From: a virus | Lineage: Duplodnaviria; Caudoviricetes | Length of the DNA: 64,000 bases | IMG/VR virus record: IMGVR_UViG_3300017911_001939 | Span: 59,210 to 123,209 of that record | Direction: 5' to 3' (one strand) | Part shown: in pieces, positions 48,612-57,969 of the stretch | Layout: each line of letters starts with the position of its first letter | How positions within the stretch are numbered: position 1 is the first letter of the stretch | Made by a program: the position numbers and the translations under genes | Notes under the pieces: generated by a model | What the model was told of the DNA's origin: nothing | The model's input: the letters and a program-made list of their open reading frames with translations, nothing else | The model's database searches: none

Positions 48612-50320
48612 TTTTATTTCAAAAAGTCAGGTACAAGAATTTCTTGTCGACTGGCAATAACTTTACTGAGATCGACCTTAATCGTAGTAAGTCGACTCTC
48701 ATTGTTGGTCAAAACGGTGCAGGTAAATCAACTATGCTTGATGCATTAGCATTTGCATTGTTTGGTAAACCTCACCGTAATATCAACAAGCCTCAACTTG
48801 TAAACTCTATCAATGGCAAAGGATGTCTTGTCGAGGTAGAGTTTGCATTAGGCTCATCACAATTTAAGATTGTTCGTGGTATCAAACCAAATGTATTTGA
48901 GATTTGGAAGAATGGCGAGATGATTAACCAATCGTCACATGCCAAAGAATATCAGAAAATCCTCGAACAAAATATTCTCAAAATCAACCATAAGTCATTC
49001 CATCAAGTGGTGGTACTTGGCTCATCGTCGTTTATCCCGTTCATGCAGCAAAGACCATATGATCGTAGATTGGTTATCGAAGACCTTCTCGATATTGGTG
49101 TCTTTTCTAAAATGAACCAACTGTTAAGAGAAGAAATCAATGGCATTAAAGATTCCTTAAAAGATGTCTCCTACAACATTGACCTCACAAAGAATAAGGT
49201 AGATACGCAAAAGAAATATATTGCGGATGTATCTGCTCTGACTGAGGAGAATAGGAGAAACTATGAACATAGGATATCAGAGGCGCAGAATAGCATCGAT
49301 GAATTACAGGCTCAGAATAGTGAGCTTAGCATGGGCCTCGACGAATCTATTGGAGAAACCGAGAAAGAGTTATCGACTCTATCAGATAAACGGCAAGGGC
49401 TTCTGCTCAGAGGTCAAGATCTTCAGACGAGGTCGAAGCAAATTGCCGAACGTGCCATGTTTTTTGACAAGAATGAGAGTTGTCCCACATGCGACCAAGC
49501 CATCTCAGACTCGCATAAACATGACATACTCGAATCTGCGAAGTCAGAAGCCAAGACTCTACAATCCCAACGCCGTGCGGTCGGAGAGGAAGGGTCATCC
49601 GTGGAAGAAGCGATTAGCACGACTAACGAGTTACTTCGAACGCTTCGATCTAAAGTATCACAACTCGGTGAGAACAATCGGGAGATCGATGCATTCCAGA
49701 AATCGATTAAAGAATACACACTATATCTCGAGAAAGATGTAGGTGCAGATCTTGTAAAAGCAAATTCAGATTTGACGGACATCAAAGAAACTCTGTCAAA
49801 TCTCCAAGACGATAAAATCAAGATGAATGACGAGTATACATATAAACTTGTAATTGCAGAAATGTTAAAGGATACTGGTATCAAGACGAAGATCATCAAA
49901 CAATATTTGCCTGTGATGAATCAGCTTATTAACCAGTATCTGCAAGTTCTTGATTTTTACGTGCACTTTGACTTGGACGAAGAGTTCAATGAGACTATTC
50001 GTTCTCGTCATCGTGATGAGTTTACTTATGACTCATTTAGTGAAGGTGAGAAACAACGTATCGACCTTGCGCTCTTGTTTACATGGCGTCAGATCGCAAA
50101 GATGAAGAACAGTGTGGCTACAAACCTACTGGTCCTCGATGAAACGTTTGACTCTTCTCTTGATCATGAAGGTGTAGATAATCTATTGAAGATCTTGCAT
50201 ACACTTGGTGATGATACAAATATTTTTGTTATCTCTCACAAAGGCGAGATTCTTGATGGTAAGTTCGATGCCAAACTTGAGTTCAAGAAAGAGAAAAATT
50301 TCTCACAAATGGCTGCATAA
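48608..50320 (+). CDS. gp46: Recombination ATPase gp46 (Rad50-like)
   Basis: GQNGAGKS; CPTC hook; FSEGEK; LDETFD; ISH. Confidence 0.96.
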   Translation: MILFQKVRYKNFLSTGNNFTEIDLNRSKSTLIVGQNGAGKSTMLDALAFALFGKPHRNINKPQLVNSINGKGCLVEVEFALGSSQFKIVRGIKPNVFEIWKNGEMINQSSHAKEYQKILEQNILKINHKSFHQVVVLGSSSFIPFMQQRPYDRRLVIEDLLDIGVFSKMNQLLREEINGIKDSLKDVSYNIDLTKNKVDTQKKYIADVSALTEENRRNYEHRISEAQNSIDELQAQNSELSMGLDESIGETEKELSTLSDKRQGLLLRGQDLQTRSKQIAERAMFFDKNESCPTCDQAISDSHKHDILESAKSEAKTLQSQRRAVGEEGSSVEEAISTTNELLRTLRSKVSQLGENNREIDAFQKSIKEYTLYLEKDVGADLVKANSDLTDIKETLSNLQDDKIKMNDEYTYKLVIAEMLKDTGIKTKIIKQYLPVMNQLINQYLQVLDFYVHFDLDEEFNETIRSRHRDEFTYDSFSEGEKQRIDLALLFTWRQIAKMKNSVATNLLVLDETFDSSLDHEGVDNLLKILHTLGDDTNIFVISHKGEILDGKFDAKLEFKKEKNFSQMAA

Positions 50321-50324
50321 GTGG

Positions 50325-50353
50325 TTTACATGTTGCGGTCACTATGGTATAAT
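50325..50353 (+). promoter_or_regulatory. Sigma70-like promoter for gp45
   Basis: gTTTACA-N17-TATAAT with TGG. Confidence 0.75.
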
Positions 50354-50382
50354 ATACATAATCAAAAACACGAGGATACATT

Positions 50383-51060
50383 ATGGAACTAAGCGAAAAC
50401 ACCTTATCGGTATTTAAGAATTTCTCTGGTATCAATCAGAATATTCTTGTACGTAGTGGTAACACACTTAAAACTATGTCCGAAGCACGAAACGTATTGG
50501 CTACAGCAGTAGTTGATGAAGAGTTTCCACAAGACTTTGGCGTATATGATCTTAACGAATTTATTGGCGTACTTGGTCTCGTCGATACACCTAATCTACA
50601 GTTCGAAGATGAGTTTGTAAAAATCATTGACTCATCTGGTAGATCTAAAGTCAAGTATTTCTTCTCAGCAGAAGAGACACTGACAACACCGAACAAAGAC
50701 ATTACAATGCCTGACGCAGACGTAAGCTTTACACTTGATAATAACACACTCAATAAGCTTAAGCGTGCTGCATCAGCTCTTGGTCATAACGAAGTCTCTA
50801 TTACTGGTAGTAATGGTGTACTGAGTCTTTCGGTTGTAGATAGCCAGAACATGACATCTAATGCATTCTCCATTGACGTCGATGGTACATTTGCAGAAGA
50901 TGCCGTGTTTAATTTTGTACTGAGCATCCCTAATCTGAAAATCCTCCCTGGCGATTATGAGGTTCAGATTAGTAAGAAGCTTATTTCACAATTCAGTAAT
51001 ACAACGTCAAATGTAAAATACTGGATTGCTCTCGAGAAAACATCAACTTTTGGAGTTTGA
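50383..51060 (+). CDS. gp45: Sliding clamp gp45
   Basis: KNFSGIN; FGVYDLNEF; NLKILPGDY; YWIALE. Confidence 0.95.
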   Translation: MELSENTLSVFKNFSGINQNILVRSGNTLKTMSEARNVLATAVVDEEFPQDFGVYDLNEFIGVLGLVDTPNLQFEDEFVKIIDSSGRSKVKYFFSAEETLTTPNKDITMPDADVSFTLDNNTLNKLKRAASALGHNEVSITGSNGVLSLSVVDSQNMTSNAFSIDVDGTFAEDAVFNFVLSIPNLKILPGDYEVQISKKLISQFSNTTSNVKYWIALEKTSTFGV

Positions 51061-51061
51061 C

Positions 51062-51271
51062 ATGTCAGAATCAATGAATGAATTGCGTGATCTTGCGCAA
51101 CGTTCTTCACGTAGTACCGTCGCAGTGATCGACGCCATGACACAGCGTGGTGCATTTAAAGGTGAAGAGCTTTCCACCATCGGTGGTCTTCGTGATCAGT
51201 GTATTCAGGTTATTCAACTAGCAGAAAACATCGAGCAAGAAGCTGCGATGGAAGAAGCAGACGCTGAGTAA
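51062..51271 (+). CDS. Small conserved hypothetical protein
   Basis: VIDAMTQRGAFKGEELSTIG; GGAG SD. Confidence 0.65.
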   Translation: MSESMNELRDLAQRSSRSTVAVIDAMTQRGAFKGEELSTIGGLRDQCIQVIQLAENIEQEAAMEEADAE

Positions 51272-51348
51272 ATGCTGATGGGTTGGTACCCTAATATACC
51301 CGCGTGGTCCAACGGTCAGGCCACAACCTTTTATTATGGAGTGTGTGA

Positions 51349-52275
51349 ATGTCTAATGACTTTTTGTGGGTCGAAAAATATCGGCCCAATACTATTACTG
51401 GTACAATTCTGCCAGAAAATCTCAAAAAAACGTTTCAAGAAATCATAAATACTGGCGAACTGCCTAACATGTTGTTTACAGGTACCGCCGGTCTTGGTAA
51501 GACTACAGTCGCTAAAGCCCTTTGCGATCAAATGGGTCTCGACTATATTCTTATTAATGGTTCCGAAGATGGTAACATTGATACTCTACGTGGTAAGATC
51601 AAGCAGTTCGCTAGTTCGATCTCTCTACAAGGAGGATATAAAGTTGTCATTTTGGATGAAGCAGATTATCTCAATCCACAATCAACACAACCAGCTCTCC
51701 GCGGGTTCATTGAGGAGTTTAGTAACAACTGTCGTTTTATTCTAACTTGTAATTTCAAGAATAGAATTATTGAACCGTTGCACTCTCGTTGTGGCGTATA
51801 TGAATTCAATACCACAAAGAAAGATCTTGTCGGTCTTTGTGAGCAAATGATGAAGCGCGCTCAACATATCCTCGAAGCAGAAGGTGTTGAATATACAGAC
51901 AAAGCTATTGTGCCTGTGATTATGAAGCATGCGCCAGATTGGCGTCGTGTCCTCAATGAATTGCAACGTGGTTCTGTCAGTGGTACATTTGGCTACTCTG
52001 AAAAAGCCGACAACTATGATCAACTTTTCAATCATTTGAAAGAAAAAGACTTCAAGCAAATGCGATCTTGGGTCGCCAACAATATAGATACTGATGCATC
52101 TGCGATCTTCCGTGCAATCTACGACCGCATGTCCGATAAGATCGCTCCTCAATCAATTCCACAACTGGTTTTGATTTTGGCCGACTATCAGTATAAGAAT
52201 GCTTTTGTCGCCGATCATGAACTTAATGTTGTCGCCTGCTTAACGGAGATTATGGCCAATGTCGAACTCGCTTAA
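51349..52275 (+). CDS. gp44: Clamp loader large subunit gp44
   Basis: LWVEKYRP; GTAGLGKT; ILDEAD; SRC. Confidence 0.96.
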   Translation: MSNDFLWVEKYRPNTITGTILPENLKKTFQEIINTGELPNMLFTGTAGLGKTTVAKALCDQMGLDYILINGSEDGNIDTLRGKIKQFASSISLQGGYKVVILDEADYLNPQSTQPALRGFIEEFSNNCRFILTCNFKNRIIEPLHSRCGVYEFNTTKKDLVGLCEQMMKRAQHILEAEGVEYTDKAIVPVIMKHAPDWRRVLNELQRGSVSGTFGYSEKADNYDQLFNHLKEKDFKQMRSWVANNIDTDASAIFRAIYDRMSDKIAPQSIPQLVLILADYQYKNAFVADHELNVVACLTEIMANVELA

Positions 52276-52537
52276 ACTATACACTCAACATGCTTGCCCT
52301 TATTGTGTTCTTATGAAAAAGAAACTCGATTCGTGGGGCTATGCATACGAAGAGATTAATCTTCACGAGCAACCTGAGGCCAAAGCGTTTATGAAAGAAC
52401 GTGGCCATCGTGTAGTTCCTCAGCTGTATTCGAATGGCGTACATCTCAATAAGTGTGATACTTCTGACTTTACTCAAGATAAACTTGAGCATGCGTTGTA
52501 TCCTAATGTTGACGGCGGCGTGGAGATGTTTGGGTGA
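52259..52537 (+). CDS. Glutaredoxin (NrdH/NrdC-like)
   Basis: CPYC active site; VPQ cis-Pro motif. Confidence 0.88.
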   Translation: MSNSLKLYTQHACPYCVLMKKKLDSWGYAYEEINLHEQPEAKAFMKERGHRVVPQLYSNGVHLNKCDTSDFTQDKLEHALYPNVDGGVEMFG

Positions 52538-52704
52538 AAAGCTTATGGACTACATGGAAATATGCCATAGGTAGTTTTAGCGACGACAAAACAAAACCTT
52601 ATGATGACCGTGTGGTATGGATCAGAACATTTTGGGTGTTAGTGCATCTTATCACATGCTTTTTTATTATTGCACATAATGGAGTGAAGATTGGCTGGTT
52701 TTAG
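52534..52704 (+). CDS. Small membrane protein (56 aa, not in ORF track)
   Basis: GTG start with GGAG SD: MKSLWTTWKYAIGSFSDDKTKPYDDRVVWIRTFWVLVHLITCFFIIAHNGVKIGWF; fills the gap exactly. Confidence 0.65.
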   Translation: MKSLWTTWKYAIGSFSDDKTKPYDDRVVWIRTFWVLVHLITCFFIIAHNGVKIGWF

Positions 52705-53077
52705 TCCTTTTGATTTTCTTAACGATATCAACTATAGTAAATCAAATATTATGGTTGATGATCTGGTTGAGAAACAATATAATGCATTTATGGTGAATAG
52801 AGGTCTATCCTATTTTCAAGATACCGTTCTCATGGCAAATGAGATGAACCTTAACTCGCATATCGATAATCGTTTACAATTTGAATTTTTTATAAATATA
52901 GTACGGAAGAAAAAAAGATTCTCCAAATGGGCAAAAGCCCAGACTACTGATGACGTGGAAGTACTAAAAGAATATTATGGCTATAGCACAGAAAAAGCCC
53001 GCCAAGCCTCTAAACTTCTTTCGTCTGAACAGATAAATGAATTGAAGAAGAAGGTTTTTAAAGGTGGAAGAAAATAA
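52691..53077 (+). CDS. gp62: Clamp loader small subunit gp62
   Basis: PFDFLN.IN; Y..FMVNRGLS; RKKKRFSKW; YYGYS.EKA. Confidence 0.92.
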   Translation: MAGFSPFDFLNDINYSKSNIMVDDLVEKQYNAFMVNRGLSYFQDTVLMANEMNLNSHIDNRLQFEFFINIVRKKKRFSKWAKAQTTDDVEVLKEYYGYSTEKARQASKLLSSEQINELKKKVFKGGRK

Positions 53078-53474
53078 AATAATTGAATGGTCACCTTCCT
53101 CGATGTTAGAGGTTACACTAAACGAGCCTGATGACTTTTTAAAGGTTCGTGAAACACTCACTCGTATCGGTGTCGCATCACGTAAAGACAACAAGTTATT
53201 CCAATCTTGTCACATTCTACATAAACAAGGCAGATATTTTATCGTGCACTTTAAGGAGTTATTTCTCCTCGACGGTAAGAAATCTAATCTTGAAGAAAAT
53301 GATATTGCACGTAGAAATACGATTGCACAATTGATGAGTGATTGGGGTTTGATTAGTATTGACGATAAGAAACGGGCGTCACCGCTGGCTCCTATGCGTC
53401 AGATTAAAATCATTCCGTTTAAGGAGAAGAATAAATGGGAATTATGTCCAAAGTACAACATTGGTTCGAAATGA
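53064..53474 (+). CDS. regA: Translational repressor RegA
   Basis: PDDFLKVRETLTRIGVAS; QSCHILHKQGRYFIVHFKELF. Confidence 0.97.
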   Translation: MEENKIIEWSPSSMLEVTLNEPDDFLKVRETLTRIGVASRKDNKLFQSCHILHKQGRYFIVHFKELFLLDGKKSNLEENDIARRNTIAQLMSDWGLISIDDKKRASPLAPMRQIKIIPFKEKNKWELCPKYNIGSK

Positions 53475-53573
53475 TTTTCAAATATAAACACGTTGGTGAT
53501 TTGTCACAGCATCGTGTACACACTTTAAAATACGAAGATCTCTGTAAATAAAGATTTTCGTATATATAGTATT

Positions 53574-53628
53574 GACATGCCCGTAAGGGGTGTCGCTTAA
53601 CCTTGCTAGTCAATAGGAGGAACATATG
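53574..53628 (+). promoter_or_regulatory. ROSE-like RNA thermometer in hsp20 leader
   Basis: 5' hairpin GACATGCCC-GTAA-GGGGTGTC, then CCTTGCT (UUGCU) pairing with SD AGGAGG with a bulged G. Confidence 0.65.
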
Positions 53629-54090
53629 ACTGGAATTGTATACCCACGTTCGGGTTTTATCGGTTTTGACCACATCTTTGATCAGCTTGAGAATATTCAC
53701 AAGCAGGCCAAGGATCACTACCCACCCCACAATGTCGTAAAAGACGATGAGCTTAAGTTCACCGTTGAGATGGCTGTGGCTGGTTTCAAAAAAGAACATA
53801 TCGACATTGAAGTAAAAGATCACGTCCTTACGATTAAGGGCGAGAGACCTTCGCGCCGCGAGCAAGACAGATATGTTCATAAAGGTATCAGTGCGAAAAA
53901 CTGGAAAAAGTCATTTAGACTGTCGGAATATACCGAAGTTATCGGAGCGGATCTTGAGGATGGAATTCTGGCCGTGAATTTACAGGTCGTCCTTCCACAA
54001 GAGAAGTTGCCTCGTAAAATTTCAATTGGAAAAAACGAGGAAAACGAAAATGACAGCACTAGCTCTCAACTACTCAACGAAGGCAATTAA
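53626..54090 (+). CDS. hsp20: Small heat shock protein Hsp20 (IbpA-like)
   Basis: IGFD..F; YPPHNVVK; EMAVAGF; HKGIS; GADLEDGIL. Confidence 0.95.
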   Translation: MTGIVYPRSGFIGFDHIFDQLENIHKQAKDHYPPHNVVKDDELKFTVEMAVAGFKKEHIDIEVKDHVLTIKGERPSRREQDRYVHKGISAKNWKKSFRLSEYTEVIGADLEDGILAVNLQVVLPQEKLPRKISIGKNEENENDSTSSQLLNEGN

Positions 54091-54295
54091 TTTATTTAAG
54101 CCTTTATTTAACTTCTTAAGTGGCGTAATGAAATCGTGGAGTTTCGCGATTGCATGTTCACGCCAAATGGAAGCCAATAGACAAGTTGCTTTTCATTTGC
54201 GTTGCGAATATCCTAATATGTCAGAATGGGAAATTGTAGCAATGTTAAATGAAAAATCTCTTAAATCTCTTGAGAAGGAGTTTTACGGTGATTAA
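54050..54295 (+). CDS. Small hypothetical protein
   Basis: GAGG SD, ATG at 54050; RQMEANRQVA..L..EYP. Confidence 0.6.
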   Translation: MTALALNYSTKAINLFKPLFNFLSGVMKSWSFAIACSRQMEANRQVAFHLRCEYPNMSEWEIVAMLNEKSLKSLEKEFYGD

Positions 54296-54425
54296 AGCAA
54301 TTATTAATTGGTTTACAAAGAAAAGCATGGATCCTGTAGAAAAGTATCTGTCCCAATCAACTGATCTTGTTGATCTCGAAAGACGTCAGCGGGAATTAAT
54401 GTTTAAAGGGAAATATTGGATTTAA
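54288..54425 (+). CDS. DUF3563-like microprotein (45 aa, not in ORF track)
   Basis: AAGGAG SD + GTG: MIKAIINWFTKKSMDPVEKYLSQSTDLVDLERRQRELMFKGKYWI. Confidence 0.65.
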   Translation: MIKAIINWFTKKSMDPVEKYLSQSTDLVDLERRQRELMFKGKYWI

Positions 54426-54488
54426 TGTGGCCTTATACTTACGAAGAAGCTAAATGGTTGATGGACCAACCAAAACAAAGATAAATAA

Positions 54489-54514
54489 AAAGGACCGGCG
54501 TAAGTTGGTCCTTT
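54489..54514 (+). terminator. Hairpin (putative terminator)
   Basis: AAAGGACCGGC-GTAA-GTTGGTCCTTT stem with GNRA loop. Confidence 0.6.
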
Positions 54515-54531
54515 AAACTTTGGAGATCGAA

Positions 54532-54726
54532 ATGAATGATGATGTATTAAAGCAAATTGATCCCGATAAACGGGAATGGGAATACGATGGTGATGGCGTC
54601 AAGATCTACAAACCCGAGGCTGGTTTTGGAGTTAAAACTCCATATCCTTGGCCTCCAGCACCAGATATCGATGAAGTAACTGGAGACATCTATACGAAAG
54701 AACCTTACTACGTCGATTTACCATAG
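54532..54726 (+). CDS. Hypothetical protein
   Basis: GGAG SD; PDKREWEYDGDG.KIYK. Confidence 0.55.
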   Translation: MNDDVLKQIDPDKREWEYDGDGVKIYKPEAGFGVKTPYPWPPAPDIDEVTGDIYTKEPYYVDLP

Positions 54727-54734
54727 GAGATGAC

Positions 54735-54872
54735 ATGACCGAATGCAAAAAATGTGGACATGAGTGCCACTGTACAGAAGGCGAGTGCAAAGATTGTACT
54801 AACGATGTATGTTACGATTGTGAATGTCAAAACGAGCGGGATATTCCCGACTCCTTCACTCAAAGGAATTAA
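54735..54872 (+). CDS. Cys-rich metallothionein-like microprotein (45 aa, not in ORF track)
   Basis: AGGAG SD + ATG: MTECKKCGHECHCTEGECKDCTNDVCYDCECQNERDIPDSFTQRN (9 Cys, 2 His). Confidence 0.65.
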   Translation: MTECKKCGHECHCTEGECKDCTNDVCYDCECQNERDIPDSFTQRN

Positions 54873-54874
54873 AA

Positions 54875-55387
54875 ATGGCTGCAGAAAATTATAGTCAATG
54901 TTTAGAAATGATCCTTCATCATGAAGGTGGATATGTTGATCATCCTGATGATCCAGGCGGTGAGACCAATATGGGTATCATTAAGCGCGTATGGGAAGAT
55001 TGGGGCGGAACTAAAGATATGAAAGACTTGACTCGCGAAGATGTCGAGCCTATCTATCGAGCAAATTATTGGGATCGCGTAAAAGGCGATGATCTTCCAG
55101 CAGGACTTGATCTTTGCGTCTTTGATTGGGGTGTAAACTCTGGTACAGGTCGCGCAGCAAAATATCTACAACGTATGATTGGTGCCACTCCTGACGGTGG
55201 TATTGGTCCTATGACCTTAGCTGCTCTCGATGAATATTTAATCGATAACGATATTGCTGATGTGATTAAAGAATATACTGCACAGCGTCAAGCTTTTTAT
55301 GAAGGTTTAAGCCACTTTGATACATTCGGTAGAGGTTGGACTCGCCGCAATGATGAAACATGTGAGGCTGCATTACGTATGATTTAA
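54875..55387 (+). CDS. Endolysin, glycoside hydrolase family 108
   Basis: HEGGYVDHPDDPGGETNMGI; VFDWGVNSG; DGGIGPMTL; FGRGWTRR. Confidence 0.92.
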   Translation: MAAENYSQCLEMILHHEGGYVDHPDDPGGETNMGIIKRVWEDWGGTKDMKDLTREDVEPIYRANYWDRVKGDDLPAGLDLCVFDWGVNSGTGRAAKYLQRMIGATPDGGIGPMTLAALDEYLIDNDIADVIKEYTAQRQAFYEGLSHFDTFGRGWTRRNDETCEAALRMI

Positions 55388-55390
55388 TGG

Positions 55391-55419
55391 TTTACTTCTC
55401 CACAAATATTTGGTATAAT
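55391..55419 (+). promoter_or_regulatory. Sigma70-like promoter for gp43
   Basis: gTTTACT-N17-TATAAT with TGG. Confidence 0.7.
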
Positions 55420-55441
55420 TAGTCATGAAGTTGGAGGTAGT

Positions 55442-57931
55442 ATGTCATTCTATACAAATGTTGCCCGTTACGGTAATACAATACTCTATCGCGGTTACTC
55501 GGCCAATGGTCAGAAAGTAATTAAACGCGATACACAATTCAAGCCACAGTTCTTCACTCAGTCAAAAGTAGATACTGGGTGGAGATCGCTTGATGGTGAG
55601 CCTATTGGCTCGATCGAGTTTAGTCATATGCGTGAAGCGCGCGAATGGCTTGAAATGAATAAAGACGTTTCTGGTCGAAAGATCTTCGGCAATAGAAACT
55701 ATTTACAACAATATATTACACAAAAATTCCCTCGCGATATCGAATTTGATCGTGACCTCATTGATGTAGGCACATTCGATATCGAGACTGCATACGAGAA
55801 TGGATTTCCTACACCCGATGTAGCAGATCAAAAAATCCTCTCGATCACCTATAAATCAAGCAAGTCTAAACTATATCATGTATGGGGTTATGGCGACTTT
55901 GATACTAAAGCGTCACTTATCCAGCCTGTACGATACTACAAGTGCGAAGACGAGTATCACTTGCTTGAATCATTCATTGCTTTCTTTTCAGATCCATCAC
56001 ATTGTCCTGATGTATTGACTGGTTGGAACATTCGATTCTTCGATGTGCCATACCTTATCAATCGTACAGCGCGTATGCTTGGTGTAGATTACTCGAAGAA
56101 GTTCTCGCCTTGGGGCTTGATCGACTATCGCGAGATTACGCGTCGTGGTCGTAAGGATCATTGCTACCATATTACAGGTATTGAGCAGCTCGATTACCTC
56201 GAACTGTTTCAAAAGTTTGGCTATTCGTATGGTGCACAAGAATCATACAAACTTGACCATATTGCATATGTAGTTCTCGGTGAAAAGAAGCTAAGTTACG
56301 CCGAACAAGGCTCGCTTAAAAATCTATACAAAGAAGACTTTCAACGTTATATCGATTATAATATGAAAGACGTTGAGCTCGTTGAACGACTCGAAGATAA
56401 GATGGGTTTGCTCACACTTGCCATGACTGTGGCATATAAAGGTGGTGTAAACTATGGTGATACATTTGGTACTACTGCTATATGGGAATCAATCATCTAT
56501 CGTAAGCTAAACAGCCAAAAACGTGTACCTAAAGCATGGACACCTGATGCTGGTAAATCTAAATTTGCTGGTGGCTATGTCAAAGATCCTATGGTTGGTG
56601 GTCATGATTGGGTTGTTTCGTTCGATTTAAATTCTCTGTATCCTAATATTATTGTGCAGTGGAATATGTCACCTGAAACACTTATCGATCAAGCTGAGGT
56701 GTCTGGTGTAGATTACTATATGAATTCGCCAAAGGTCGAAGGTAACTATGCAGTCGCTGCAAATGGTTCGCGCTACAATAAAAACTTCGAAGGTGTTATT
56801 CCTTCTATTATTGTAGACTACTATGATGATCGTAGATCTATCAAAGATCAAATGCTTGCTGCACAATCGGCATATCAAAAAGAAAAAACTACGGAGCTCG
56901 ATAAAGAAATCAACAAACTTAATAACCAGCAAATGGCTATTAAGATTCTGATGAACTCTCTTTATGGTGCACTCGGTAATCAATACTTCAAGTATTTCGA
57001 TCTTCGTCTCGCCGAAGGTGTTACACTGTCTGGTCAGTTGGCTATTCAATGGGCTGAACGCGCAATGAACGAGACCATGAATAAGGTACTAAAGACAGAC
57101 AATGTTGATTATGTTATTGCTATTGACACCGATTCTCTCTATGTTAACTTTGGACCTCTTGTTAAGAAGCTCACTCCTAAAAACCCTGTGGCTTTCCTTG
57201 ATAAAGTATGTCAAGACCATTTTGAACCAGCTCTAAAGCAATGCTACGACGCGCTCTTCTCAAAGATGAACTGCTATGTTAATCGTATGGAAATGGGTCG
57301 TGAAGTAATTGCAGATCGTGGTATATGGACTGCAAAGAAGCGATATATACTTAACGTACATAACTCAGAAGGTGTGCAATATGCAGAACCAAAACTTAAG
57401 ATTATGGGCATTGAAGCAATCAAGTCCTCTACGCCAGAAATCTGTCGTGATAAATTCCGCGACATCTTCAAGGTTATTATATCGGGATCAGAAGCTGATA
57501 CTCAGGCTTTTATTAAAAATTTCAAGGAAGAATTTAAAAGCTTGCCACCTGAAAAGGTCGCATTTCCGCGGTCTGTCTCGAACATTACTGACTGGAGCGA
57601 TAGGAAAACTGTGTACAAGAAAGGCACGCCAATTCACGTTCGTGGCTCGCTCTTGTACAACAAGCTTCTCAAGTCTTCATCCCTCACTAAAAACTACGAG
57701 CTTATATCAAACGGCTCGCGAATCTTCTTCTCGTACATGAGGACACCAAATCCTATGCATGAGAATGTACTAGCATTTCCTGATGTATTGCCCGAAGAGT
57801 TTAAGCTAAATAACTATGTGGACTATGACAAACAATTTGACAAGACATTTGTCGAGCCACTCAAATTAATTCTTGATGCGGTTGGCTGGAATCCTGAACC
57901 AGTTGCAACACTCGATGAATTTTTCGGTTAA
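55442..57931 (+). CDS. gp43: DNA polymerase gp43 (family B)
   Basis: DIET exonuclease motif; SFDLNSLYP; KILMNSLYGALGN; DTDS; KKRY. Confidence 0.98.
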   Translation: MSFYTNVARYGNTILYRGYSANGQKVIKRDTQFKPQFFTQSKVDTGWRSLDGEPIGSIEFSHMREAREWLEMNKDVSGRKIFGNRNYLQQYITQKFPRDIEFDRDLIDVGTFDIETAYENGFPTPDVADQKILSITYKSSKSKLYHVWGYGDFDTKASLIQPVRYYKCEDEYHLLESFIAFFSDPSHCPDVLTGWNIRFFDVPYLINRTARMLGVDYSKKFSPWGLIDYREITRRGRKDHCYHITGIEQLDYLELFQKFGYSYGAQESYKLDHIAYVVLGEKKLSYAEQGSLKNLYKEDFQRYIDYNMKDVELVERLEDKMGLLTLAMTVAYKGGVNYGDTFGTTAIWESIIYRKLNSQKRVPKAWTPDAGKSKFAGGYVKDPMVGGHDWVVSFDLNSLYPNIIVQWNMSPETLIDQAEVSGVDYYMNSPKVEGNYAVAANGSRYNKNFEGVIPSIIVDYYDDRRSIKDQMLAAQSAYQKEKTTELDKEINKLNNQQMAIKILMNSLYGALGNQYFKYFDLRLAEGVTLSGQLAIQWAERAMNETMNKVLKTDNVDYVIAIDTDSLYVNFGPLVKKLTPKNPVAFLDKVCQDHFEPALKQCYDALFSKMNCYVNRMEMGREVIADRGIWTAKKRYILNVHNSEGVQYAEPKLKIMGIEAIKSSTPEICRDKFRDIFKVIISGSEADTQAFIKNFKEEFKSLPPEKVAFPRSVSNITDWSDRKTVYKKGTPIHVRGSLLYNKLLKSSSLTKNYELISNGSRIFFSYMRTPNPMHENVLAFPDVLPEEFKLNNYVDYDKQFDKTFVEPLKLILDAVGWNPEPVATLDEFFG

Positions 57932-57934
57932 CTG

Positions 57935-57963
57935 TTTACAAATGATGAATAATGGAGTATAAT
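57935..57963 (+). promoter_or_regulatory. Sigma70-like promoter
   Basis: gTTTACA-N17-TATAAT. Confidence 0.7.
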
Positions 57964-57969
57964 AATACT

